Of a DNA stretch of 64,000 nt, positions 43,369 to 56,430 are shown in pieces. The position numbers were made by a program, and so were the translations under genes. How positions within the stretch are numbered: position 1 is the first letter of the stretch; every line of letters starts with the position of its first letter. Where the stretch lies: assembly GCA_012295275.1 (NCBI GenBank), contig CM022674.1, forward strand, positions 13,144,001 through 13,208,000. Reading direction: 5' to 3'. The stretch comes from Chrysomallon squamiferum (taxonomy: Eukaryota; Animalia; Mollusca). The notes under the pieces are model-generated. The model was given only the letters and a program-made list of their open reading frames with translations. It made no database searches and was not told where the DNA came from.

Positions 43369-43845
43369 GATGTATGGATGTATGAATGTATGGATGTATG
43401 GATGTATGGATGTATGAATGGATGGATGTATGAATGTATGAATGTATGGATGTATGAATGGAATGGATGTATGAATGTATGAATGTATGAATGTATGGAT
43501 GTATGGATGTATGGATGTATGAATGTATGAATGTATGGATGTATGAATGGATGGGTAGATGAATGAATGGAAAGATAGATGGATGAGCAGATGGAGGTAT
43601 GGAAAGATGGATCGAGATGGACAGATGAAGAAATTGGAAATGGAGGAATATACAAACAGATATGGACTGAAGGAAGGATGGATGGCTAAATAAATAAAGG
43701 ATGGGAAGATTGATGGATGAAATAAGAGGAATGAATCTGGAAGGATGGATAAATGAACAGATGAATTAATGTATGTAGTATTAATAAATACAGAGACAGA
43801 TGAATTAATGTATGTAGTATTAATAAATAAACAGAGATGAATCAT
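43369..43845. repeat. (GATGTATG/AATGTATG)n satellite decaying into GGAT repeats, ending in a 38-bp duplication
   Basis: Directly visible; 'acagatgaattaatgtatgtagtattaataaata' occurs twice. Explains the His/Ile-rich ORFs at 43162-43845. Confidence 0.85.
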
Positions 43846-44317
43846 AGATCATCTAAACAGAAGGAAGGATGGATGGTGGGAAGAACAGACAGAACAAAGA
43901 TGGATGGACAGATAATAAATAATGATTTAGATGAACAAGAGCTGCAGACTGACAGACGTACAGACACTGAGCTGAAATTAAGAAAACAGAACAAATGACT
44001 GATAGTTGTAGAAAAAGAATGGAAAAACAGATGAAAGATGGACGGATGTATGGAAGTGCATTTTAAGAAAGTAACAAGGAATGTGTGATGGTTGTTTAGA
44101 TGGAGTGATTTGTTATTGAGGAATTGTAGAAATCTAAATTACAGATTACTATGACACATTATAAATATTACTACTACTGTTACTACTATTTTTTTATTGT
44201 TATTGTTATTATTATTATTGCTATTATTATTTATTATTGTTATTGTTATTATTATTATTCTTATTCTTATTATTGTATATTCATTTAAGTCTATATTAGT
44301 ATTTATCTTTATTAGTA

Positions 44318-44354
<37 letters not shown>

Positions 44355-44757
44355 TTTTATCCATTTCCCTCTAATCCTAACAATTTATTTCTACTTTTTT
44401 TTTCAAACCTCTTTTTTGTCCCAATTATATTTTTTTACATTTTTTTTTTTCTTTTTTTCCTTCCTTACATTTAATTCTTCCCTCCATCTACTTATTATCT
44501 CTTTCTTCCTTTTAAAAAAAAAAAAAAAAAAAAATTGGAGAAAAAACACACACTTTATGTCAGATTAGCAGATAATAACATACTTACAGAAAACCTATAA
44601 TTAGAGAAGTGGTTTAAAAAAACAAAAAAACTCAAATAATTGGCAGCCTGGTATGGTTAATTTCAATTTACATAGTTGTAAGAAAATTATATATTTTTAC
44701 TATCATTACTGTTATTTTATTAATGTTATTATCGTTATTGTTATTGTTATTGTTATT

Positions 44758-44788
<31 letters not shown>

Positions 44789-44901
44789 TTATTATTAATA
44801 TTTTACTGTTATTATTAGTGTTAATATTGTTGTTATTATTGTTATTATTACTACTACTGCTATTATATATAAATGTAAAGAATTGAGAAATAATGGGAGA
44901 G

Positions 44902-44964
<63 letters not shown>

Positions 44965-45449
44965 AGCAGAAAAAAGCTGAAAATGATGTAGTCATGACAG
45001 AAGAATATCACAAAAAGAAATAAATAAACTGTTTGTTTAATATCAAATGATATTTCATCTCTGAGATGAAAAGAGTCAGTTATGACAAGTCAAATTAAAA
45101 TATAATAAAAGTGAAAACAAGAACCAGAGATCAATTGAAACACAAAAAAACAAAAACTTAACTGAAAACAGATGACAAGTGATACAGGCCAGCTTCAGAA
45201 CAGGCTGAAAAGAATTATGAAAAGCAAAAGATGAAAGATTACAAAAACAAAATTTTTTGAAGTGTATAAAAAAAAAAAAGGAATGGGGGAATGGATTTCA
45301 AATTGTATTTAAATAAACCAGGAAATAAAACAGTAAATCAAGAAAACAAAATTTTTTCTTTGTTCCATCTTTTATCTCTCTGTATCTCAATTTCTTTTCT
45401 CTCTCAAACTGTCTGTCCCTGTGTTTCTCTACTTTATTATTTACATGTA

Positions 45450-45480
<31 letters not shown>

Positions 45481-47241
45481 TTCTTTTCTGTTTCTCCAAC
45501 AGTCTTTATTTTTTCTCTCTCTTTGTCTCTCTCACACACCCACACTCAAAATATTAAACATTTTAACATTCAGACACAAAGTCTGTATCTAGTTACACCC
45601 TGCAGATACTGAAATTTGCATTTTTATCTACAGTTTTGCATTAGTTTTTATATCATAGAAAGATTACTGTACTAAAAACAACAGCAGCAACAACATTAAC
45701 AACAGCAGTGGACGCTGTCCAAGGGGTAAAGTGTGGGTCAAGGTGGACACCAAGAGATTATTAAAAAAAGTTTCACGCTGTCGCTGTTGTCGTCAGAGAC
45801 CATTACGCTGTTGTCACAACACCGCGAACTGCACAAAGCTTCACCCTGCTGTGTGAATGCCGAAGTGGCCGAGGTGAAAGTCCATTATGGCTGACCAGAA
45901 CGGTGTATTGTGGTCAGTAGTGCAGGGTGGACACCCAGCAGGTTGGAATGGAATATTAAAACACTCAGGATCTGTAATAAAAAGGTGTTTAAAGTGAGGG
46001 GAGGGTGCTGAAAGGGCGGGGCTGAAGGGTGATACTGACAGCTACAGTTATTGCCACCCTCCACATGGTTTCTTTCACCCCCAGAGTGAAGTGAAGTCTT
46101 TTTCTTTTTATCACACCTTTTTTTTTTTTTTTTTTTTTTTTTCCTTTCTTAATAATATTTTCTGTTTTCCTGCTTTGGTCAAAAGGTCTTCTCAAACCCA
46201 ACTGTTACTTTGCTTTCAAAAACGACTTTAAGCCACACAATGGACTCACCTCTCTGGCCGCTGACCAGTGACCAGCAGACCGGGCCAGACAGTGGACATT
46301 AAGCCCGCTAATTTGAACGATTTCCAAAACTGGCCTCAGCAGCCCTGACAGCTTGGACAAAGAGCACATCAGGCATGAAAGCAACAAAACACAAAAACCT
46401 TTCAGGGCGATTTTCTTACCAATTAGTTTTCGACTGTTGGGGAGTCTTTGCTGATACCAATCAAGGGACCATGACTGGAAAAGATGAAGGGGGGGTGTTG
46501 TGAAGGGGGCTGTGTGTGTGGGTGGGAGTTTGTTAAAGAGGGGGGGTGGTGGTATGTAGAAGATACTGAGAGATGTGTTATGTTGGAAGATGTAAGTTGA
46601 GGTATTTTTTATGTTAAGATGTTGAGAGGGAGGGAGGGGGTGTTGTTATGTATGAGGTTGTGAGAGGAAAAAGGTTAGAGGGGTTGTTTTGTTGGAGGTT
46701 GGAGGTTGTGAAAGGAGGGTGTGCGAAATGACAGTGTCATTAAATGCTGTCTGAAATTGCAGTGCTGTCAGGTTTTGTAAGCATTAACTGAGACGAGCCA
46801 GAAACACAAACAAAAGAACATCAAATCCCTTTCATGAAGATGCAGATTTTCTAGATATTCGGAGATGATGGGAATATGGACGTCAAGTAACTATAAAAAC
46901 ATGCAAAAATCCTGCAAAACTAATCTCTCTCCCTCGCTCAAATATACAAGTTGTCTTTGGACGTTGTCCAATTGTAGCAAATCTGTGAGCCATGAATACA
47001 GCATCTGAATAGAGCCGTGCTCATTGGGTTATTTTATATTCATGAAAGGGAAATCCCAGCATTTAGTCGTAATGTAATTCAATTTGATGGGAATAAAGGC
47101 AGCCACCTGGTAACACACACACAGGACTAAACAGATTTTCCCTGTGTCCATCAGGAATCTTACCAGATTGAGATGTAGTGATGGGAAGTGGTCCGAGTTG
47201 TGTTGGAGATGGTTTTTGAATTGTACATCTTTGCATATTTG

Positions 47242-47472
<231 letters not shown>

Positions 47473-48571
47473 GCAAAAAGCTAGAGAATATTTTTTGCAT
47501 GTTTCTTTGAGCAAGAAAAAGGCCCCCAATTAACCTTTTGAATAAAACCAGGAACATAAAACCAGGAACATAAAACCCACACAAAAAAAACACCAAAACA
47601 ACTTCAGAATACAGACGTGTGTGAAGGATCAATTCACCACTCACACTTAAAACATTTACTCAAAAAAAACCTCCCAAATCTTAAATTTACCAACACCTAA
47701 TAAAATTACAGACAAATTTGATACATTGTAAAACATGAAAAGATTTAGTTTAACAATGTAGCACAAATTGTTTGTTGTTTTTTTGTTGTTTTTTTCTTTT
47801 TTCAAAGAATATCTTACAATTTAGTGTTTCCAGAATAATGGATTCATTGAGGGATGACAGATTTATTCAGAGACGTGTACTAAATGTATAAGCAATATAA
47901 ACCTATTAGTGTCAGTTTTCTATTTATTATTTGGACATGGTGAACGTAAATTGTATTAAAACTTCAAAAAGGTTAAAGTCAGTTTGGTTTTATCAATGTA
48001 GATAAATGTTAAACAAACTGTATTATTCAGATTTGTATGTAGCTCATTGTGTTATATGTAAGCAATAAATGAATCATGTAATTTAAGTTGTTTTGTATTA
48101 TACAAATACAAATTTGTTAGACTCAGTAGCTGGATTGAAAAAATTTTATTTTGTACTGGATTTTTTTAATAATAAAAATCTTGTAATGGAGTTTTATTCT
48201 GAAAACTATGGTTTCTTTATTGTTTTTTTTGTTTTGTTTTTGTTTTTGTTATTTATTTATTTATTTATTTATTTTTATTTTTTTGCCTATTTTGTGGTAC
48301 AGTTCAGCAAGTTCTAATTCTGCATCTTTTGTCTCTCTGGTTTTAGTTATTTTACATTTACGTTTTAATTTGTTCTTTTAATTTTCTACTCTTTTCAAGT
48401 GTTAAGAAATTTGGTGCATTTAAAATTTCAGTATCAGTTATTTTCATGTTAAAGCTGTTTATTTTGTCTTTTGAAAATTAAAATAATGATTATTATTAAT
48501 AGTAATTAAATTTATTTAAATAACAACAACAAAAACAGTAACAACAGTAACAACAACTATTATTATTACTA

Positions 48572-48618
<47 letters not shown>

Positions 48619-48624
48619 TTATTA

Positions 48625-48680
<56 letters not shown>

Positions 48681-49940
48681 CAGCCTGTTTTTTTGGAGTT
48701 AACTGTACTCTTATGTTGTTATTAACGAGTTTGTGCAGGTGTTGGGTCAGGTATCAATGATGACACTTTGTTTTAACTCTCACACTTTTGAAAGGTGACT
48801 TTCACTCCACACAGTCTGTGAAAGGTGACTTTGGGGTGACACCACGTCAGTGAATTCATTTCACACTTCTGACGTTGACGTAGATGTTGATAACCCCAGA
48901 GTGATGTTGACGTACGATGTCACATCATGTCTGCACTGTGTTGCCTTGGTATGACAGGTTGTTTTCTAAACTGTCACTGATATTTTAGTTCTCTGTCAAC
49001 AAGAACTTTTTAAAATAAAAAAAAAAATATAAAAAATAAACTGCTGAAGTAATAGGTTTTAAACTTTTGATAAAGTCATGGATGTTAAAGGAGCAGTAGT
49101 TAGAATGTGAAAAATTAGATTATTCAGCTTTTTTTCTGTGCTATTTATACTGATTTTATGTTATGTTGTTCTTTCTATTTACTCTCTTTTCTTTCTCTTT
49201 AAACTAAGTTACTTGTGTGAATGTGTGTGTGTGTGTATGTGTGTGTGTGTGTGTGTGTGCATATGTGTGGTTAAGACGTTTTTATTTTAAAATATTCTTT
49301 CTTCTTCATCTTTGTTTCCTTTCTTTCCTTTCTTTTTTTTTCTTTTTCTTTCCTTTTTACCTTTTAGTCAGTTTTTAACATTGTTGGTCTAGACTTTATT
49401 GCCGGAATCCAAAAATAATGCTTAGTGGCAGAAAAATAACCTCCAACCATTAAAATCAGACAGGCATAAAGGGGAAATAACCATCTTTGTTCACACCATA
49501 AACAGATATAAATGAGCAGACATCATGAAATCTGCAAAGGGGGATTACTCTACTGGGTATTAGCGAAGCAAGTAGGCACATAAAAATAAATTGAAAAAGG
49601 AAACCACTGGTTGAAAGTGACGACATTTCTCTGCTGGGTACAGCGACGGTTTGATGAAATTTCGTTTGACAAGAGCTGGTCAATTTGTGAGGGAATTCCA
49701 GCGCTCAATTGCGTTTTTTCCTTGATAAAAATCGTTGTAAAAGTCTCAGAGGAACACGAGTGTTGTGTTTTTTCACTCTTGATTTTATTAGTTTTTATTT
49801 CTCGTTTAAGAATCGAAAATTAGTTTTAGGAAGATGCGTTGTTTGATTGTGGTGGGGTTTTTGTTTTTGGTTGTTTTTTTTCAATTTTTTTTTGTTTCTT
49901 TTCATCTTTGTAAAAACACAAAACATTTGAACTGTATGCA

Positions 49941-49978
<38 letters not shown>

Positions 49979-50361
49979 ACACACAGACACACACAGACAC
50001 TCACAGACACACACAGACACATAGACAACACATATACAATTAACATATTTGCATACAGATAAATTTGACCAACTTGTTACATAAAAAAGGTGATAATCAC
50101 ACTTTCAACAAGTTGTTATATCATGATCATTTAATTTTGTTGGCCTTTTCTTAATTATCATTAATTTTGTTATTCTCACATCTTCACCATCATGACCATC
50201 ATCATCATAAATATCATCAACAGCTTTATCATCATCATCATAAATATCATCAACAGCTTCATCATCATCAATCACCAGTCACCATTAATAACAACAGTAA
50301 CAACATCTCTACATCTTTCTGTTCTCATTTTAATCGTTTTCCGTTTTCCCATTCCTTGCAG

Positions 50362-51037
50362 TGGTTGGAAGGAAGCTTCAACGAGCAAGGGAGGCCAATC
50401 CGCTCGTACACCTCCTGCTACGTCAGTGCTCCCGGCATCAACAACTGGGTGCGCACCCCCTTCATCGAGCGTCAGGGCGCGAAGAGCCTGCACATCGAGA
50501 TCCGCTTCACGATGCGGAAGTGCTCCAAGATGACGGAGCCGAGCAGCCTGCAGCAGTGCAAGGAAACATTCAACCTCTACTACTACGAGGCCGACTCCGA
50601 CTTCGCCAACCAGGGCGTGCCCACGTGGGACTCGACAACGTACAAGCTGATCGACAAGGTTGCGGCTGACTACCTGTACGAGACCGCAGCAGAGCAAGGT
50701 GAACGCGGAGTCGCGGAGGATCGCGCTGCGGCCGGAGCTGAGGGGGGCGTACTTCGCGTTCCAGGACGAGGGCTCGTGTGTGACGCTGATATCGATCAGG
50801 ATCTACTACGTGACGTGCCCCAACGTCACCGCCAACTTCGCGCTGTTCCCGAGACTCCGACCGGCGACACGGATTACTCGCTCGTCGACCAGCGCGGCCA
50901 CTGCGTGGACAACGCCGTGGAGGTGTCGGCGCCCACCTACTTGTGCCGCAGCGATGGCACATGGTATGCGGAGCCGAAGGGTCACTGCGAGTGCAAGGCT
51001 GGCTACGCAGGCAACCTGGAGAAAACTCAGTGCACAC
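50362..51037 (+). CDS. Eph: Eph receptor tyrosine kinase, large exon (equivalent to vertebrate exon 3): ligand-binding domain plus sushi/EGF-like cysteine-rich region; contains two compensating frameshifts as assembled
   Basis: Acceptor ttttcccattccttgcAG (50360-50361) and donor GTAAGT at 51038; 676 nt, phase 0 in, phase 1 out. Motifs WLEGS..IRSYTSC..NNWVRTPFI..EIRFTMRKC..CKETFNLYYYEADSD..YKLIDKVAAD. In the +1 frame: KVNAESR..GAYFAFQDEGSCVTLISIRIYY..CP..NFALF. Back in frame: ETPTG..SLV..GHCVDNA..YLCRSDGTW..GHCECKAGY..CT. All are recognisable Eph family signatures. Confidence 0.96.
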
Positions 51038-51080
51038 GTAAGTCTTTTAAATCTTTTACTTTTAATTCTTCGAATTTGGG

Positions 51081-51267
51081 TTCTAGACTCTTTACAGTTC
51101 TAGACTCTTTACAGTTCTAGACTCTTTACAGTTCTTGATTCTTTACAGTTCTAGACTCTTTACAGTTCTAGACTCTTTACAGTTCTTGATTCTTTACAGT
51201 TCTAGACTCTTTACAGTTCTAGGCTCTTAACAGTTCCAGACTCTTAACAGTTCCAGACTCTTTACAG
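51081..51267 (+). repeat. 17-bp minisatellite x11 (TTCTAGACTCTTTACAG), 43 nt into the intron after the large Eph exon
   Basis: Eleven contiguous 17-nt units spanning 187 nt; variants ttcttgattctttacag and ttccagactcttaacag. Confidence 0.95.
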
Positions 51268-51662
51268 TTCTAAAAACCATTGTGTCGAGAATTTTATTAA
51301 ATTCATAGTTATGTATTTTTACAATTCTAAAAGTATACTTCTAGAATTGTATATATTTATAAATGTAACTGCTACAGATTGAAGAATGTTGCAGTTCAAT
51401 ATTTTCAGTAGTTTCTGTATTTGTGTTTTAGCAGTTAAAAATAGAAGAATTTAACACTTCTGAATTTTAGATAAATTTTATTTTATTTTATTTTTTAATT
51501 CTGAAGCTGTAAATCTAGAACTTCACATTCTGAAACATACTTTAAACTTCAGCAGCAGATTCGAAAATTCTAAAAGCCTGTTGATCTTATTACACTGCTT
51601 GTTTTATTTCAAAGCTTATTGCATTTTCCCAATATTAAATCTTCGGTCACACATTCTCTAAT

Positions 51663-51700
<38 letters not shown>

Positions 51701-53539
51701 AGATGCAATTTCCATTCCATAATTACATATGGAATTTCCACTCTGTCAGAAATGCAGTCATAATTTCAAATTGTGCGTACGTAAAACGCAATGATTCAGA
51801 CATAAATTCAGACATGCTCAGAAACCTCGCAACATTCATCTCCTCAGACGTCACCCAACTGACAGTTTTACTCACTGCTTAAGCAACAGCTAGCGTGTTG
51901 AATATCCATCTTCAACATTTTTTTTTATAAACAAATTCTATGATTCATGCCAAACTAGAGGGGTTTTCTAGGTCACATGAATCTCTTTAGAAAAAGGAGA
52001 AAAGGTTTTCAATTTTTATTTTTTTTATTTTTATTATTTTTATTTTTTTCCTTTTTTTTTTTTCTTCTTCTGTTTTAATGAGTAACCAAGCTGAATTGTT
52101 GAGGACTTTAAAACCTCTCTCTCTCTGTGTGTGTTACGAAATTATGTCCGGATCACGACTAATTCCACCCCTAAAATCTAATTCCTTCGTCTCTCCACCA
52201 AATCGAATGAGTTCTGTTTTACGGCTCGAGGGTAAACTTTTATGCTGATCCATTTGACAAATAATAAAAGAAGACGATTGGTCCCCGGATCGCATAACGT
52301 TCTGTGATCCACGAGGCCCATTACAAAATTGGGTGACTCAGCTGCCCATTGTTGTGATTGCATTCTGGGACAGACCCGGACTACGGGGAGAAAAATTGTT
52401 GCACGATGGGGACAAAGATATTTGTTGTTTTTTTCACCCCCCGCATATATAGTGGGTGGTGGTGGGGGGACACACAGAGGTGGGGGTATGAAAGGGCGGG
52501 TGGTGGGGGAAAGGAGGAGGAAGCGGAGATGTTTCGTCCTGATTTAAGTTTTTTAAGGAAATTGGTTCAGACGTGACAGTGTAGTAGTAGTAGTAGTAGT
52601 TGCTGCTGTGTGGACTCATCTGTTGCAGTCACAGCTGGTGCCATGATGCAGTCGGGTTTTTCTTCGAATTGACGGATAAACCAGCCAGGCGTGAAAAGGC
52701 ATAGACGCAACCTGTCGTGGGACAGAATATGAAGTCGGTGATGTGCGAATAATGACTGAAAATAATTTGATAATTAGCCTGTCAGCAAAATTGGTCAGAA
52801 AAATTGTGAAAGTTTGATGATCACTGACAGTCATCAAATAACACTATAATGATTGATAATAGTGGATGATAATGTGACAGTGGGATGATTAATAATAATA
52901 ATAATAATATTTTGTTTATTTGCTTAATATCCTAGTTTCTGATGTTGTTACAGTATAATGATATCATTTCTGTTTGGACAATTATATGAAATTTCTTCAT
53001 ACAAGTTTTTGCAGATTAGAAATAACCAGTTTGAAAGATAGATATAAAAATTGAAGTAGATAATGACAATAACAATAACAACAGCAACAACAATAACAAT
53101 AAATAACCACAGTAACAGCAACAGCAACAACTGCAGCAGAAAATTTATTCTACAATCCACATATTCATATTCCGTGTCAAATTAAGTCAAACAACTTAAA
53201 CAACTTCACTTGAACAGTTTTACAAAGATTTTTCATTCTATTATTCATGAATTTTAAAAAAAAAAGAGCCTGAATTTTGTTTTTTAAATCTTTTAAAAAA
53301 CACAAACTTAACAGGCTTTGCCTAGCGTAGCACGAAAAGCATTGATGTTTTAAAAAAATGCGTTCACGCATCACTGGTCTCATTCTTCCATCATCGTCTT
53401 TTGTTGTCTTTTCTTTTTCGACAACAAATCAATGCAGTTTTATATTTTAATGAGTTTAAATACACCTGAATTGTCAGTCTCCGTACTTCCACTCGTAAAC
53501 TGTTTTAAAACAGCTGACATATTAGACATCTTGTGTCAG

Positions 53540-53850
53540 ATTGCCATCAGGGGTGTCTTTTTAGACAGGTGGTTGGTTAATTCAGATATTAAAGAAAGTG
53601 TATTAAGTGTCCTTCTAAGACAGGTGGTTGCATAAAGCAGCTACCTGTGGCAGTATCGTTATTGTCCATTTAAGACAGGTGGTTGGTTAATTCAGACAGC
53701 ACAGCCTCTGTCATTGTAATAAACAGTGGCCTGTATACAAAGGTTGTTGCTTAAATGAAGTCATTTTTTTTTTACTGTTACAAGATATGGAATAATGAAG
53801 TTGTGGTCTCAGAATAGAGGTGTTTGATTTTATACAGGTGACTGATAGAA
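53540..53850. repeat. Degenerate 'agacaggtggttg' repeat cluster, possible relic of an internally repetitive non-autonomous element
   Basis: 'agacaggtggttggttaattcaga' twice, 'agacaggtggttgcataaagcag', 'aaggttgttgcttaa' and 'tatacaggtg...aaggtttga'. The element assignment is inference. Confidence 0.55.
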
Positions 53851-54526
53851 AAGGTTTGATTTTTGTTAAAATTAAACATCGTTGGTTTTCAGATAAATGT
53901 ATTCATTTCACCCTTCAGTTTAAATTTTTCATACCAAGTTTATTCTTAAATTCCTTTAAAAAAAAAAAATTTAAAAAAATAAAATTTATTTAAAAATCAT
54001 AAATAAATAAATAATTAAACAGGAGCAAACTTAAAAGGTTGTGGTGACTTTTAACAGAAGGAAAATTAATTTAAAAATACTTGATAAATGATCTTTGAGA
54101 AATGAAATGGCTTGAATGTGAACTGGAGATAGAGTAATTGTTGGTTTTTTTTCCTTTCTTTTTTAGATGTTAAGCCAGATTAATTAAGAAAAGGTTTTAT
54201 GGAGACTATAAAATATTGTAGGACTGAACAAAAAAAAAAAAGAAAAAAATCAAGATTGAAAGACTAAAGTGAAGAATTAATGATAAAAAGTAAAATACAT
54301 ATAATTAATCTGGACTAATTCTGAAAAATGGATTTATCAGTTTGATCAATGAGCAGGCATCAGTTTCAAACGAAATAAGAAAAAGGAATTGAAAAATGTA
54401 ATTAAAAAAAAAAAATTTTTTTTTAATTTGTAACTGATCTAATAAATGTCAAATGTAGATGATTCAACCTAAAGCTTTCTTGTTGACACAGTTTGTTTCA
54501 GCAACATAATTTTTGTGGTATCTTCA

Positions 54527-54621
<95 letters not shown>

Positions 54622-55179
54622 CCTAATCTAATCCTTCTTCTACTCCTTTCTTCCATCTGTCTATCCTTCATTTTCCCTGTCTGTATCTCTTGATCCTGAG
54701 CTCAGACGTACAAGGTAATATTCTTTGCCACGGTTTCTGCTTGGATAAACTCTGCCAATTTTCCCTCTTCAAGAATTGTTTGACTGCAGTAGGAAGTAAG
54801 TATGCACAGCCTGAAAGCAATGGCTAGAGGAAAATATCCCTTGTATCGACTGACTGACTTTTAACTCGTTTTTCTCAATATTTGGAGCTGGCTGAGATCA
54901 CAAGATCAATGGGACGTTTGGGAAGTCGGTTAGCAGTCGGGAAGAAAATTTCATTCTGTCACAGAACTGGGTGGCCTGATTCACAATTGGGACGGATTTG
55001 TATGCAGTCGTGCAAAATTTATATTCAGGATTGTTTTTCAGTTGACATTTTTTAGTCCTTTAGGTATTGTATAATGGTAATGACAATATTTGTTTGTTGG
55101 GTTTAGAAAGGTCATAACAGAGTACAAAGTTTCTCACTTCTGTTCAGTCATTTCCATATCACTGACATGAAATTCTCTT

Positions 55180-55255
<76 letters not shown>

Positions 55256-55439
55256 ACTAATCTAAGCTTATTCACAGTAAAACATCTAAGTATGTTACAT
55301 ACTGCTATAACTTGATTGCATGTTTTACCATTGTCATTTCAAACACACTACATTCAGTTTCGGGTTTACAAGACAAAATTCCTACACCACTACAGACATA
55401 CGACAGTCTTCTCCATTCTCAGTGAGGCAGATAATTATA

Positions 55440-55720
55440 TTACCTTTCTTAATCTCATGTGGAGTTCTGTCCCCTTCAAGACCATTAATTTAATTATATG
55501 CACTTAATTGTATGATAGCGTTGTGTCCCCTTCAAACCTGTAATTAAATTGCACCTCCTTAATCTGTTAATAGATTTGTGTCCCCTTTGTACCAGTAATT
55601 TGCTTCTAACCCCTTAATTTTCTATTAGAGTGGTGGCCCCTTTGTGCAGGTAACTCTATTATAGCACGTTGATTTTGCTGTTAGAGTGCTGTCCCTTTTT
55701 GAATAGTTAATTATAAGTAA
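55440..55720. repeat. Degenerate ~55-bp tandem repeat with 'tgtcccctt' core
   Basis: Core motif near 55468, 55524, 55579, 55635 and 55690. Confidence 0.7.
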
Positions 55721-55859
55721 TTAACCTTTTTATGTGGTTGTTTACATTTCTGTTTCGAAAGGTCCACATTATTAGTAAGTTTATATTGGCAGTGCTAAGT
55801 TTAAAAGTATAATAGTGAAGACAAAATAGTCAACAATTGTTACAGTAAATTTAAACTGA

Positions 55860-56430
55860 CACTGACATAGTCATCAGTAAACAAAAGTTGCTGACGTCTA
55901 CAGTATCAGTAAGCTTTAAATGTCAGTGTCAGCACATTGTCAGTAAGCCTTGATAGCCTAAATCACCAATGTCAGAAAGCTTATCAGTAAAAACAGTGTA
56001 ATTTAAGTAATTACAAACAGCCAAAATCATGATATCAGTAAGTACAAATTACTGATATCTAACATATCATCAGTAAGTACAAATGACTAATGTTTAAACA
56101 TCATTAGTAAACACAAATTACAAATGTCTAAAGTATTATCAGTAAGTACAAAATTTAATTTTGTCATCAGTAGTACAAAAGACTAATATTTATACGTCAT
56201 CAGTAAATACAAATTACTAACATCTAAGCTATTATCAGGAAGTATAAATTACTCATTACCGAAATGTCTTCAGTAAGTACAAATTATTTACATCCGTGTG
56301 TCTGTCACCAGTAAGAACAAATTTCCAATATCCACTGTTGTCAGTAAACATACAGTGCCCAGCCTATCACTGTGTACAAATTGCCTTTGTCGCTGCATAT
56401 TCAGTAAGCACAAATTGCCAACATCATGAC
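55860..56430. repeat. Degenerate ~32-bp tandem repeat 'catcagtaagtacaaattactaatgtcta'
   Basis: 'tcagtaa' recurs at roughly 32-nt spacing through 56030-56290 and decays on both sides. Confidence 0.8.

Noticed and set aside
46489-46722. G-rich stretches as G-quadruplex elements (also ~38120-38360 and 52453-52525)
   Set aside because: The G runs are irregular with long loops, and I cannot distinguish them from low-complexity background without computation.
50272-51037. Antisense and alternative-frame ORFs (50272-50697, 50570-51037, 50361-50669, 50192-50533)
   Set aside because: Expected shadows of a GC3-rich exon with no recognisable protein features. Only the 50687-50848 part of ORF 50660-51103 is meaningful.
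50167-51120. 317-aa ORF as a stand-alone intronless gene
   Set aside because: Its His-rich N-terminus comes from (CAT)n intronic sequence and its C-terminus runs past a consensus donor. Eph similarity is confined between the splice sites at 50362 and 51037.
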